From: Kudoa neothunni
Taxonomy: Eukaryota > Animalia > Cnidaria
Direction: 5' to 3'
Assembly: GCA_964304625.1 (NCBI GenBank)
Contig: OZ199839.1
Location: 10,465,186 to 10,529,185, forward strand
DNA length: 64,000 nt
Position numbers and translations under genes: made by a program. This document shows, piece by piece, positions 24,301-39,300 of the stretch (positions are counted from its first letter, which is position 1; every line of letters starts with the position of its first letter). The notes beneath the pieces are model-generated. The model saw nothing but the letters and a program-made list of their open reading frames with translations, ran no database searches and was not told where the DNA came from.

Positions 24301-27300
24301 AACACTTAAAATAGATTTAAGAAAATCTGAAATCAATACAATATGAGGTTTTATGCATATTAAATTGATAAAATCAGAGAGCGAAATTATTATTGAGTTA
24401 TTTAAATATAGACAGTGGCTATTGGCATGGATCCATTTAATCCCCTCTCCGGACTTGCTGTTTCCATGGATGGGAATATTTCCTAGAATAAGTGAGTTAT
24501 TCAAGATTTGATTTCATGAATACGATAGGTTAAATTTTTCATAATAAATTTTATAACATTTTTTAAACTATTCTTATACGAGAATTCATCTATTAAAAAC
24601 AATAATTTGATCATCTCTCACGTATCGATATCGTATTTTTTCTGATTTGATAACGGAATTTTCTGCTTATACACCATGTGTTGGTCAAATAAGTTCTATT
24701 ATTTACAATAAGATTGGTTATTGTCATGTTAGACGTTGTGCACACAATCCATTGGCCGCACGTCTCGCATAATCACACAATTTTAATAGTTGTCCTACAT
24801 TTAACGTAAATTCTCGCTTGATTTGAATAGTACCATATAATTTATCGATTTTAAGATTCTGTGTCGACTTTGTACGCTAGACCATTTGGTTACGTTGAAT
24901 CTCTGTGGCGAATTTAGAATGTGAATCTCCCTGAATCCTTTTTTCAAGGATTTTGCTATTTATTTCACGTTTCACTTAAACTAAAATATTCTAAATATAT
25001 TTTTATTTATTTCTAACACATTTTTCTTCATAACGACTAAGCAGGATTAGTTTAACTGACTTATAACAAGGGCAAGTATCGTACAATCAATCTGAAGATT
25101 CGATCAAGTGGTTGCTTAATTAACCCACGAAGGACCGTGCTCAAAAAATTATGTAGATCGTTTAGCGACCAACATGGTTTTCTATTACAGTAAGTAACCA
25201 ATTTCACGCACTTTTTAAAAACCTATTTAGTTAGAATATTGATTAGTCATTGTTTATGTAATATGTTTCTTATAATATTTCAGTCAAAATTTTTATAAAA
25301 ATTACTTTGAAAAGTTGTTAAATAATATGGCTAAAAGTCACACGATTACCCAATTTCACGCATTTTTCGTCGGGTACATCTTGTTTATTATTTAGTTAAA
25401 TCAATATTTAATGCCACAAAACTGCCAATGTATTAAGTTTTAAAATATCTATTATCTCGACTTCTAACAGCATTCTAAAGATGAATAATAAAATAATCAA
25501 AACCTATAAATGTTTTTAGAATCTAAAAATAGAAATTATTTGCATGTAGGATAATTTATTCTGTTGATGATGTATATGAGTGGATTTGGTGGACACGAAG
25601 CAAAAAGATTGTAGTAATTGTCACCACGATAATCATCATGAGAAATCAATTAGTTAAAGAAAAAGGTTTACCTTCATGTTCAATTTTGCAATTCGTGGAA
25701 GGTTTCGCTGTTTTAAAAAAAGATCTAACATTAAAAAATCAAATTTTATTAGCTAATCTTCTCATGCTACATCTGAAACTACTTCAAATTGGATCGATCA
25801 AATCGTAACATTTTTCAAAAGATACTCTGAAAATTTTATTTACGATGTAGATGAAACTGCCACATTCTACCGATAGCAACAAGGGGAGTATTTCATGGAC
25901 TGTTGAAAAATATTTTTGTGCTGTTAACACGTTTCTCGAGTTTAAATTATCTATTAAAAATTAATATATAGTTAATTGGCATTTTTAAACGAAATTTAAT
26001 CAATATTTAATGTCAATTTTTTCTAAAATAATCGCGCCCGTAAGTGTGTGGAATTGGAAGTGACCGATTTGACGTATTTTTTCTTGGTCCCGAGGGAAAT
26101 ACGCGAAATTGGTTTATTACATTATAATAGTTGACTACAATTCCACCTTTTGGTAGATATACTAATTAATCTTTTGACCATATATAATATTTTTAAATTA
26201 CGTATATTAATGCTACGTAAAGTTAAACGCCATTATTGAACCGTAATATTCTATAATTTATTGGAAATTTTGTATTTGTAAACAATACACATTAATCTAA
26301 GATTACTAGAACTCAAAAATTAAAATAGAAAGTTTATGTAGGTAAAAAACAAACATTTACCAAAATGGGGTCACGAATGACTCCGCCTGATCCCTGGAGG
26401 GTTAATTAATTGATGCTGTCTTTTGATTACAGGAAAAAGTATGAATAATAACAGCTAAAGACCAATGCCTCAGAAAGTGCGTTAAAACAACATTGGAATC
26501 CGCTTCCTTTTTGACATGTAGGTTTCATCTCAGTCAAATATTCCTACGTGAAATTGAATAAGCATGTGTGTATTAAATTCAGAGAAAAATCTATTATCGA
26601 AATTTTTAGTGCGATAATTTATATTACGAGTAATAATCAATTTGATTACTAATGTGAATAATTATATAACCACAGAGTCTCCAATCTCAATATTTATTTT
26701 GATAAAAATAGTATCTCATTCATATACGAATCGATCATTGGCTTAAGCTCTGTTGAAATTATGATAACAAATGTACAAATTTTAAAATGGAATCAATAAA
26801 AGTTGAAATACAAAGCATTGTTAACAATTTTTCAACTATGCAAGAATTCGTCGTATCCTTCTTCTGTTACCTAAAACCTATGAGAGTTGAAAGAAAAAAT
26901 TAAATGGTTACAGACTTTTTCAAGTCGTATGTTATCACAAGTAACAAAGAAACTATCAAGCATTACTTTACTCATCTAAAACCCTACAAATCTATTATTG
27001 TCTTGGAGGCACTATCCAAAATAAAAATTAGAGGGGGCTGAAGATTATAGAGCGTCTGTTATTGGACTCCCCCCCCCCCCCCCAACAAATAATATAAAGG
27101 ATAAAATTAAAAATTTCTCAAAATAGAATTTTGATTTATTATTAAGTCAAAAAAATTGTCGCTTATTGAATTTAATAAAAAAAAATATTTTAACAAATTG
27201 ATAAAATTGTTTTCATGAAAAAGAGTATAAAATGAGGAAATATTAAGATAACGATAGAGGAGAAGTAAAAACATAGTTTTATTCAAAAAATAAGAGAATA

Positions 27301-30300
27301 TTTGACAACCTCGGTTTTTTCTACTATTTTTAACCATTTAAATTAGGTGTGAAAAGTTGTTTGGTACGTATGCCACATTATATTTTGTAACGTACGAGTG
27401 GGTGGGTGGACAATTTGAATCAATTGGCTTGGAATGCCGTAAATAAGCATTAAAACTGTTATTAAATCAAGAAAACTACGATTTTGGTACATTAGAGATG
27501 GTTAAATTTGATTTTATTAGACGAAGTCCCGTTATAGAATGTTTGGGAAATATTTATAAAATTCTTTAGGAAAAATATAGACTAATATATAAATAAAATC
27601 AAATTTTTAATCTATCGCTTATTCTAGGAGATATTCCCATCCATGCAAATTGCCACTGCCAATTAGGATAATATATGATTTAGGTAATTAAGGGTAAAAA
27701 ATTATATTTAATATATATATATATATGATCAAAAGCGTACAATTTAAAAATATTGAAAATTTTAATGCATCTAATTTTAAAATAAATTTCTAACTATCTT
27801 CTGACATAGATCCGCACAATATTACTTTCCATCATTACGTTGATTCTGACTTTCTACATATTTGGTCAAATATAAAAGATGAATGGGGACTGTTGTGTGA
27901 TTATTTTATGATCAGAATGAGTAATGTCACCGAAGATTTTAATAATGCAGCTACATACAACTCTTACGATGGAACGAATAAAAATAATCTCAAATCATGC
28001 TCAAAGCACTCTATACCAATAACAAATTACGCCCCACACACATTATTCATTTGGATTCCTGAATTAAACTATCTAGACCAAATTAGGAATTGTAATTATC
28101 ATTAAAGAATCTTTTTATTATAAAAATAAACTAAAAATTGTCTAGTATATGAAGAAACCCAAATTATTATCGAAAGCAACACGAATACCTTTAGTTTAAA
28201 ATCAGAAGATGGATTTCTGACTAATAAGATGTGTAATTTTAAAATTATTGGTCAAGAGTCACCTGAATTTGGAAAATGCGACGAAAAACAAATTTCTGTT
28301 CCAGAGAATAGTGACAGCTTGACAGTTAGTATTGGTATTATAGGTTCGGAAATAAATATGGTAAAGAATGTAATACTTGGTAACTATGCTATTGAATTTT
28401 CCTAACGTAAAATTATCTTTTTAGAACGATCTGGTCACAACATTATTGTTGATACTGACAATGAAATGATCCGACTAACTATTCCAGAAACAATAAATAA
28501 AAATGATATATCAAAAATTGAAATCAAAAGTTTTAGAAATCAAAAAATTGGTGATAACATTTTTGTCTATGACAAAAGTGAGAATAATAAAATAACGTTA
28601 GCATCGGATTCGAATATTCTCTCTATACCATATGTATTTGATCCTCAGATTTTTATAAAAATTAAAAAATCTGATAACACCGTGGTTTCCAAAGTGATAA
28701 ATATTGGTATTTTTCATTTCATTGATATAATATTCTATTACACTGATAAATAGGTTTCCCTAAACAGTCCTACAAGATTTCCTATGAATCAAATACTGTC
28801 ACTATTATACCGGAAAAAAAATATATAGAAGGAGAAATTTGTAGATTTAGTGTTGAAACTAAAAATATTGATACAGCGTCAAATTCAAAAATATATTATG
28901 ATGATTGTTCCAGCAGTATTCAGCTTCACGACCTGGACAAAAATAATGATTTAATTGTGACACATGAAGGCCAAACTTTATACAATGGGTCTTTCAATGT
29001 TGGTAGAAATCTAATAGAAGGAATACATTACGAATCAGGAAGGATCAAAATTATACACACCCCGAGCGTAATAAATGAAAATAATTGCCGTTATTCTCTT
29101 TCGTCCAAAAATTCTAATGACGGAGCATTTACCGGTTCAGTCGGGTGCGATGAAAAAAATTTGAATTGTGCATCATTAATAAACAATAATGGACCATCAT
29201 TTGAAGTCCAAAGAAACAAATATTACAGATACAATTTGACATGCGGTGAATACACGGATAGTGTTGAATACGGCCCCAGTAATATATTATATTAAGAATT
29301 AAAATATTCGTAAACATTTTTTAGTCCCAATAGCTTCTGTTTGGAGATATACGTGGTCTGGAAACACTTTAACCTTTCACAGCTCATTTGAAGAACATGG
29401 TTCATCAGATGTCATGTGCACCTATAAATTGTTTATGCTCAATAACAACAACAAACAAGAAATCGCAAAAAGTGATGAATCTACAAAATGTGATAAAATT
29501 TCGTATAATACCTCAGAAATTCCAAATGTAAATGATGTTAAAGAAATAATACTGGAGATAAAAATTGTTGGAAATCAAAACACTGACTCCTACATAATAA
29601 GTATATACATTTATGAATTATTGATGAATTTTAGAATTTAGTCGAACTTAATTTTTATTAAATGATAAATTTTACATAGGACGTGGTGATACCAACAATT
29701 TTCAATTTGTAGAAGGCCGCTATGCTGAGAATAGAATAAAGAACCTGTTTAAAAGTTCTTATACAGGAGATGAAATAGCGGATGTATGGTATTCAAGCAA
29801 GATTAGTGAGGGAATCGTTGAATGGCAAATTAACGCACTAGATTACGAAGCTCAATCTGGTGAAAATGTGGTAACCATATTATATCATAAAAATTATTTG
29901 GTCCATATTTCGTTCACTGATATTTCTACATATCCACATTACATGAAATTCTATTATCCTGAAAAAGATAACGTAATTAAAAATGTATTCAATAAAAAAT
30001 AAATAAATTATAATCTAGAATGATGTTATCCACAAGCAAATTAGTGAAGGACAAAACTCAAAAGTAATACTTTATTATAAAAAAGGCGATCTCGCCAAGG
30101 AAAAAATTCAAATCGAAACTTATCAGAATTATACATTTAATCCCTCGGACCATGCTACAGTTGATTCTATTTGTGATCATGAAAAATGCACAAATTCATC
30201 CTGGGGAGCAGTCACACATATCATAAAGCCAGACGAAGTGGTGAAAATCTGCTTTGTCCATGAAGTTAACGCTTTATATTGCAAAATATTTGAGTCAGGT

Positions 30301-33300
30301 ATTTGGCAAGTTACAAAATTAATTGTTTATTTTTTTGGTTATATTTTAAGTATTTTTATCAAAAAATGTTAGTTATAATGTTTTTATTTTAAAATAAATA
30401 ACCGCGTAATTATAAAGGAATAATTCATTTATGTTCAACTTAACAAACCCTTAAAATCAAATAATTCGATATTAGAAATAAATGATATTTTTTGCATTCA
30501 TTTGGAAACTTAGTATAGTAAAAATAATTATATTTAGAACTTCAATTCAACAAAATGAAATTATTATCTTACACAATCGATGAAGTTTCCATAGAAGTAT
30601 CAATTGATCCGAATATTAAATTGAAATGCGTTTACATGTTCCAACTAAAAAATACAATATATGAGAAAGTCTCATGTCGTTGTGATAATGAATCAAAGAT
30701 TATTATTACTTGTTCCACTTATAATGTGGCTATATCTAATTCACAAGATGGCAATTATTACTATGCTGAAATCTATAACAAAGAAGAAATATTAGGTCCA
30801 GCAAGGCTTCCATTTAGTAAAAAACTAGGTTAGTCAATATTATGTCAGTATAAAAATTTTATAATAAATATTAGCCATAAAGAAAAATATTGATTACCTT
30901 ACAGTTGGTAATAATGATAAAGCGTTAATTTTAAAAAATGAAGATAATTATTGCTACTTTACTAGAAATTTAGAAGGTGGAACTATAAATTTTACGAAAA
31001 ATATATGTTTTGAAACTAGTGGAACAAAATGTTCCAACGATTCTGGTTGTAATCCAGTTTCAGTAAATAATTCCGAAATTGGCAATATAGTTTCTATCGG
31101 TAACAATCTATCCAATATTGCAATATTTGGTGAAAGTAATTATATTATATGAAAATTTATTCAATAATTTTTATTTGTAGCGGTTTTCACCGAAAATACA
31201 GTCGAACCTAATCTATTATACGCAAGAACTATCTATTTAGATCATGTGTTATATTTGACAGGCATTCAAATAAGTACCACTCCAAACCAATTGACTAAGA
31301 CGGTTGTAATAACAGCTCCAAACAATAAAAACCAACCTACTGAATCAAGTGCTGAAATCAACCTAAAATGTGTTGACTACTTTTGCGTTGGAGTAGTTAG
31401 TGACATCGATAGGTATCAACAAAATGAAGTAAAAGTTTCCTTAGAAAATAGACAAATTTCGACCAAACCCGAAATATGTAACATCCGTCTGTTGTTTGTT
31501 CTATACATGAATGAAATAGGTGAGTTTAAATACGATGTTCGGGTATTCTTGCATGATAACTCTATATCATATACTTTTATTATTGACGTCGATGTAAAAA
31601 AAATCAAAGTCAAAATATCTTATATCAAAGAAGATTTCACTGTATGTTCTGCCGGCCAATTTAAAGAATTAATTTGCACAATGGGAATTTGTAAGCTGAA
31701 TGAGCAAATTCCTACAGGTTGTAGTTCATTTAACTATGCCGATATATACTTGAATAATTTTGAAACTCCGCGTCGAGTTTCTAAAGGTAAATTATTTATC
31801 TATCTAAGGAATTTAATATTATTGGTAAATAAGATAATTTCTGCCCTATTTTAAATTTCCTTATTTAATATCCTAAAAAGAAAAATGACACTATTTTTTT
31901 TCTCAAAAATTGAATAGCAAATTTCCTTTCCTAATATTATAAATTAAATCTACCCCTAATGTTACTACTAAATGAATAAAAATTTGAATATAAAAAACCA
32001 TATAAAATTCTTGGTTTGAATCCACGCATTGATTAATTATACGAACCAATTTTTGTCTTATAAAAAACAACGTTTAATGTATTCCAATGAATTGTTCATA
32101 TTATTAAAATATTTTTCCTTTCCGTCTAGTTTAAAGTATAGTTGCATTAAGTGAATTTCAGCATAATTAGAACACGGATTTATCGATTTTCAGGCGCTCT
32201 AATTTTCTGGGATGAATGCTCAAAATATTACGAGCAACAAATCTGACACATTACTTAATAAGACTATCAATTACGACAGGTTGGACGATACATTTCTATT
32301 ATTTACTGGTCAGACAATGTATTGGATTATCCTTAATCTTGCAGGATACTTTAGAAATAATTTTATTATTAGATAGCTCTCTTTGAGTCTAAAATAATTA
32401 GACGGGTCAATTATATCTATGAAAGTTTTTAAGGATGGCAGAGTATCAATATCCCAATTGTTTGCAATTTTTGAGAATTATAGGATTTGATTAAAGTAAA
32501 ACATTGCTATTAATTTAGATCAGGGGTCTCCAAAGTGGTCGATACGTGTTATAGAGATTCCATTGACTTTTATGGACCTTGAAGATAATGTTTCCCATCT
32601 TCCTACTACATTATTGAATTATATTAATTAATACTATCCCATGAGATTTTTTTTTATTTGTAAGTTAAAATCAAACGTCATATTTCCTAATTATGTAATT
32701 CATTGTTTTTCATTTATGTAGAGATACTTTGCAACTCATAAAAACTAGTGAATACATTGGCTTTATTTTTCTTAAATATTAATGTTCATCGATACTCGTT
32801 GTTATTAGCAATTTATATAACAATAATGATTGTTTATATTAAGTTTATAATCGACTAAGAAGGATAAGTCTAATTTTTAAAATTGATTTGAATCGTAATC
32901 ACAAAAACTTCGAAAATAAACATAATAATAATAAATCGGAAAATGTCGTTTGAACCGCTTTTGACACTTCAAAAACTCTTTAAGCTCCCTCAAGCTAAGG
33001 AACATAATCTTAGGGTAAAGATTAATTTATTCTTATTAACTTTCAGAGATAGCTAGGAATAAATATTAACTTTTCTACATATATGTAATTTAATCATAAA
33101 ATCTGCTGATGTATTCATACATGTGCAAAAGTATGTAACTATAAACATATACAAGCAACCTAACGTTTTAGGTCAATTGAATATGATTTATGACGAAAAA
33201 TGGATTCAATATCGTAAATTTTCTAATATAGTTGTTTTTAGCAATGACCTGATTATAAATATCTGCGTAAATCTACAAATTTCAAGAATTTTTCTGATAT

Positions 33301-36300
33301 ATTTTAATGTTACATCGTTAATAAAGGCTCTTTTGAGGGTTAATATAATTTTGCATTGTATTATGTATTCGAAATAGAATATTAATGGGATATACTGCAC
33401 ATATTTTTAATTTTTCTAGTCAAAAAATGAATATAAACTAATATTTTTAATAAAATCTTTGAAAGGGGTCGGTGAAAAAAAAGTTTGAAGACTTCTGATT
33501 CAGATGGATTATTTGTCCTTAAAAAATTTCATTACAAAATATCACGGAATGGGAAGTTATAATATAAATTTCAATGCATACTTTAATAAATCTTTTTAAT
33601 CATTGAATTATCATATTCCTTCATTTTTTGTCCACACGAGAAGAAGCTCATTGACAATAGATGAATTTCGTATTAAGGAAGTTATCCATCTGACGACACA
33701 CGAAATAATAGATTAATTATGGCTTCAATCTTATTTTCTACGAAATATAATATCAGAATATTTACAGTTTTAACGTTTAATGTGAGGATAGTAATATAAA
33801 GTCAAACATCAAGAGAATAATGTGCTTACATAATGGGCCTAGCTTCATGGTTATAGACGAAATTATGTTTATTGTAAATTTTTTGAATTTGGATGAGTTA
33901 GAATATAATGCTCCTGTAAAAGGCAGATAGTGATTAATTGGAATCGAATTAATATAGTGGGCAAACATTCTTATTTATGCTCTATAATGTTTTTTCCATT
34001 AAATCAAAAAATTTTGCTTTTAATTAGCAGAATAATTAAGTTTTATATTTAACTGATAGACACCCCTATGTCTCCTCTGTATGTCTTAATGAATTACCGA
34101 AACGCCTCTATGATTAGCTTTTAAAATTTGATTCACTTTACAAAAAAAACAAAATAAAGAAGAGTTAGATTTTATCATTATTTTTCTAGAACTTTTTAAT
34201 ATGATAATAGCTTCACCTTTACATGTCATCTTGTATTTGTATCTTAACTGTTATTAATCTGTACTCTTTATTTTTAACATCTAAATTATTTACGAAAATG
34301 TCTGAGAAAAAAATTGTTACAGTCGATGAAATGATGGCTCAAATTGAAACATAAACGCTAATTAAGAGAAAAAATGTTTGGTTTCGTGTGTTCCTATTGA
34401 AACTGCAATTGTCCATTACGATAATTCAATTGGTGTACTTTCTTATGAATGAAATAAAGAATACTCTGCTAAGATGTTTAAACTTTTAGTCTGCAAGTTA
34501 TTTACAGCAGGGGCGATATCGTACTATAACAAATTAAAAATTTATTATTTCTCAGTGTTCTATTTTTTATTAAAAATCTTTTAATCTATGAGCATAGAAT
34601 TATGTATTATTTAAATTAATCAATTTACGAAGCCACTTCGTCTTGCCGTTTCAAATTATCATTGAAGTGGTTATTGACACGGCAAATAATATTAGGATGT
34701 CATTAGTTTTGAATATATTTAATTATTTTTGGCCATAAGAGTCAAGCTACGGACCCAGAATAATTAAATATGGCAGAAATTCAACAATCAAATCTGTATA
34801 CAGGTTGTGAGTGAGAGGTGTTGGGATTATAAATCTCCATCGTGCAAGCATATGTGTCGTTTAGGATTAAAATTTAACGTTCCAATAGCATCTCTTATAC
34901 TCAATATTTAAATTTAAGAGATTAATTCAAACGATACAGATTATCGTAGGATAACCCTTTGCTATGTCGATTTTCTCATTTTTAATGATTTCTGTATAAT
35001 TTTAATTATATTTTTCGAATATTTTAAGGATCAAGTTTAAACAAATTCCTGTTTTGATCCGTTCTAATTTGGATAAAAATATTTTTTTTACAAATTTTTC
35101 AAAACAGAATGTGTCTGTTTCCAGATGACGTTAGGAAGTTCACATTAATTTCAAACAAAATTTAAGACTGATTAATGTCGACGAATTATGGAGAATAATA
35201 CATCATCATTAAATTGATTTTTCTAAATGTAACAAATTGTTAAAATTAGATTCTTTATAAAACGGAAATTTGTTTTTATTTTCCTATTATATTTGGAATG
35301 GTTTGAACTATTCTCCCCTTGGTTATTAAATTCACAAATTAATCATATTTTATTTCGATTAAACATGAAATAGTTAACTGTTTAATTTAATGAACATAGG
35401 TAAAATGGAGTTTTCAACGTCTTGAATTCAATTCATAATTGTTTGAATCTATATTAATATTAAAAATATCTATTTAATTTAAAATATATAATAAGTAATT
35501 TGGAAACCAATATTTTGGAGTTTATTTTGATAATGCATAATAATGTTGTATATTTGCCATTTACTATTTGGGGAGAGGCATACAAACATCATTAGGGAAT
35601 GTAGATAAAGACCGTTACGGATCATCGTTTGCAAGATTTTGGATTTCAAATTTTATTTTTGTGAACAGTTTGATAAAGTTGGTAAAAACTCATTAATACA
35701 GTATATTTTGATAATCTTAATGCTTATATGTGATTAATTAGTTTGAACGATATTTAAAATAAAGAAAAATGTTTAATATTTTGTGTCAACAAATTATAAA
35801 ATTAATAATTTACAACCAGTATTTTGAATTTTATTTAAATAGTACAATTTTGGTATAAATTTAGAGCGAAGAAAGGAAACATTGGTGGATTATTGGGCAG
35901 AAGATACAAATTTGAAAATAAAACTTAGATTTTTAAGAAAAACTACCTCTGATGTACAATATACATTCATTGTTAAACAAGGTGTTGAAGCCGAACAGGA
36001 AAAACAATTAGGCCTGGATAATTGCGATGAGGGTGTGTGTACCTTCACGTTGACCGGCATAGATCCCAAAAAGGAGTTGGCGATTAGACGTGAATATGAT
36101 TCCCTATATAAATATGGATATTACTTACCGATAAGTAATATATAAATATTTAATCTTCGTTATTGTTTATTTTATAGAAAGTTACTCCTACGATTATGAA
36201 TATTCTACTGAAGGAAATGACATGAAAATAATGCTTCAAATTAAGGAGAACGTTAATTCAGTTATTATCAGCAGTTATAAGATTTTTGACATAAGTATGG

Positions 36301-39300
36301 CAAGTATTAAATCGAGCGAGGTCCCCCAACATATTCAATGCCAACAAAATATATGTAAATTGAGAATTGACAGTGTCACACTTGAAAAAGATGTTTATAT
36401 AAGCATTTCATCGGAAATGCTTACACCACGAGATTTATTACTCAAAGGACGTAAGAATTATTGCGAGAAATCTTCAAACGTTTCTAAATAAATTATTTTA
36501 GCTTCTAGCCTACTTAATGTCATGTCTTCCACAAAAAATGTGGAAGAATTTACCGTTAGTTACAATTTGAAATTGAGAAAACATCTTACCAACCTTCCAA
36601 TAAAAATAAAGTACACATCAGAAAATGGCGTCATTGCGGAAGTTACGAAAGTCGAGGATATATCTTGTAACAAGGGAATGTGCAATATAAACATTAAATT
36701 GAACGATTATTATTATCCTGGTACATTGTCCTTATCATCAGAAAAACTTCTTGATTCTTACTCACATGATGTTTCCCCTCGTATATCAAAATAACTATTT
36801 ATATTCTTGTTTCATGTTGAAATTTTTAGCAAAGACAACATGTGACATTAAACATGACATTAATGAATCAAAATTAACTCTCACTTTTACTATTAATAAG
36901 CCCTATAATTCATTCCCAGCTAATTTGAGAATTTCTTGCAGTGACGATAAACGATATATTAAATTCGATGATAAGGATATTCTGGGGAAAACGATTTCGT
37001 GCAATAACATGGTCTGCGTCGATACATTCAATTACGATTACACAAAAGATTGTAATGTTACAGTGAATTCAATAATATTTTCAGAAGATAAATCAATCCA
37101 GATTGATAAAGGTAGATGTTTTTTTTAAGTTATAATCATTAAACTTCCTTAATAATAATTTTACAATAATTGCATATGTTAATGCATTTAGGAATATACC
37201 CTTATGATATTGAATATGTTGAAGAAGGAAATAACCTAAAAATTATGTTCATAATGGATAGGGATTTTGACAGAATTAAACTTAATAGTTACAAATTGAC
37301 GAAAGAAGATAATTCAACTAAAATATCTTTCAGCGAATCTTCTCAAGATATTAGTTGTAATAACAATATTTGTGAGTTTACGATAAACAGTGGCATTGCC
37401 GAGGATGACAGCTATCTTACATTTACTTCAGATATGCTCATTCAAAAAACATTCAAAATATCTGGATGTATATATATATATATATATTTATTTATTTCAA
37501 AAAATTTTTATTTTAATGCATAAATTAATTTAGCATCAAAAAAATTGGAAGTTATCTCGTTTTCTGGAGAAATTGCCGGATTAGTTGTTAGACTTAGTTG
37601 GAAATTACGAAAATACGTTCCATCGATACAATTAGGTATAGAATACCAAGGAGAAAATGTTCCGGAAGGATCTAATCTCGTTAACTCTGAAATGGTAGTT
37701 AATTGCGAAAAGGGTGTATGCTCAATTGAATTCCCCATGAATGATTATTATTATCCAGTAACAATATCTGTAACATCTGAAAAATTTTCTGTAGCCTACT
37801 CTCATAAATATACCCCACGTAATATAATCAATTATTAATTAAATTTCGAATAATATATTTATTTTTAGCAATAAGTACGTATAAAGTCGATTACAGATTT
37901 GGTTCGGAATCATTAAATTTAAATTTTGTTCTTGAACAACCCTACCGAAAATTTCCAGTTGACTTAACAATGGCATGCAGTGACGATAAAAGTGTTAAAG
38001 AAAACACCGTGGAAAAAAATATTCAAAATATAGTCACATGTGCAGACGATAAATGCACCACCAATATTGATTATGACATCAAGAAAGATTGTATTGTAAC
38101 AATCAATTCTGATATATTTTCGGAGGAAAAATCAATAGATATTGACAAAGGTAAAATTCTGTAAATAATTGATGGACTTAAATTAATTTTATAGTGAGAT
38201 CAAAATTCAAATTTGATAATTATTTCCTGGACGGAGAATTAGTTTTAGAAATCACATTAGTAGAGAATTATAGTCAAATTCGTTTGAATTGGACATTAGC
38301 AGATGGAAATCTCCAACCTGAGAAGAAATCAAATGGGTTTGAAACGGTCGAGTGTTCCAATAAGCTATGCAAAATTTCATTTGGTCAACGCAATACGAAA
38401 ACATTTTACACATTATTTTATGATTCTGCTTACCTTGAACAACAACCAAAATTGGATTTTGATATAAGTTTGTCTAAATAATATATATATTTTTAAATTT
38501 ATTTTATGATAGAATTGAGATGGACTGAAATATTTAATAATGTAAGCATTTTCACTAAAAACAAATTAAAATTATTGGATGAAGATAAAAAAATAGTAAT
38601 ATTACCCTGTTGAAAATTATATTCTATAAATAGTTTTAGTCTGTTACCGATATTAGCACCGCATGGAGTGACATTTTGAAGGGTGAATAATTTATATATT
38701 CTATATATATCGTGATCGAAAAAATATATTTGAATCTAGATGGAAGTAGTGATGCAAAAGAAGAAACAACACCTGAACCAGAAAAAGAGAATACCCAAGA
38801 AACTACTCCAGAGATAGTCGAAAACAAAGAGGAGTATTTTTCTGCTAGTTAATACTACATAATTATGGAATTTTAGGAAATTTTTACAGGCTGTTAACAT
38901 TCTTGATGACATCATATTAAATATGAACCAAACCGACGAAGTTTCTAATGATCATTTTAAGTTTAAAGCATTTGATGTAGCAGATGATTCTAATGTGATT
39001 CAATATACTACTAAGTATTTATATTATGATATGTACATCACTAATAACTAAAAATAGGAGCGAAAATGTCACCACCACAAACAATTCTGAAACTACCATG
39101 TCAATTCAAATAGACACACTGGATAGTAAAAATACTGATGCTCCCATTGTTGAAAATCAAGTGGCATTGGCTATCACTAAAGCCCAATCTGTGGTATCTC
39201 AGTCAAAAGATAATGTGATGGTAGCTGGTGATATTATCGTCTTGAAAATTAAAAATCAAGAAAATAAAAAGATTAACTTTACATTCAGCCAGATCATTAA

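Larger units (their letters stand above)
24413..27658. mobile_element. TIR DNA element (CAGTGGC termini, hAT-like) with nested insertions, copy B intron 5
   Basis: Left cagtggctattggcatggat...catggatgggaatatttcctagaataag vs reverse complement of the right end cagtggcaatttgcatggatgggaatatctcctagaataag. No TSD recognisable. Confidence 0.6.

Noticed and set aside
31478-31519. Stop-free 42-nt intron 15 (B and C) as coding sequence
   Set aside because: The equivalent intron in A is 41 nt and frame-breaking, and GT-AG sites are conserved.
32270-32330. LDDTFLLF resembling a reverse transcriptase YxDD motif
   Set aside because: No supporting RT motifs nearby, and it is not conserved in the copy C homolog.
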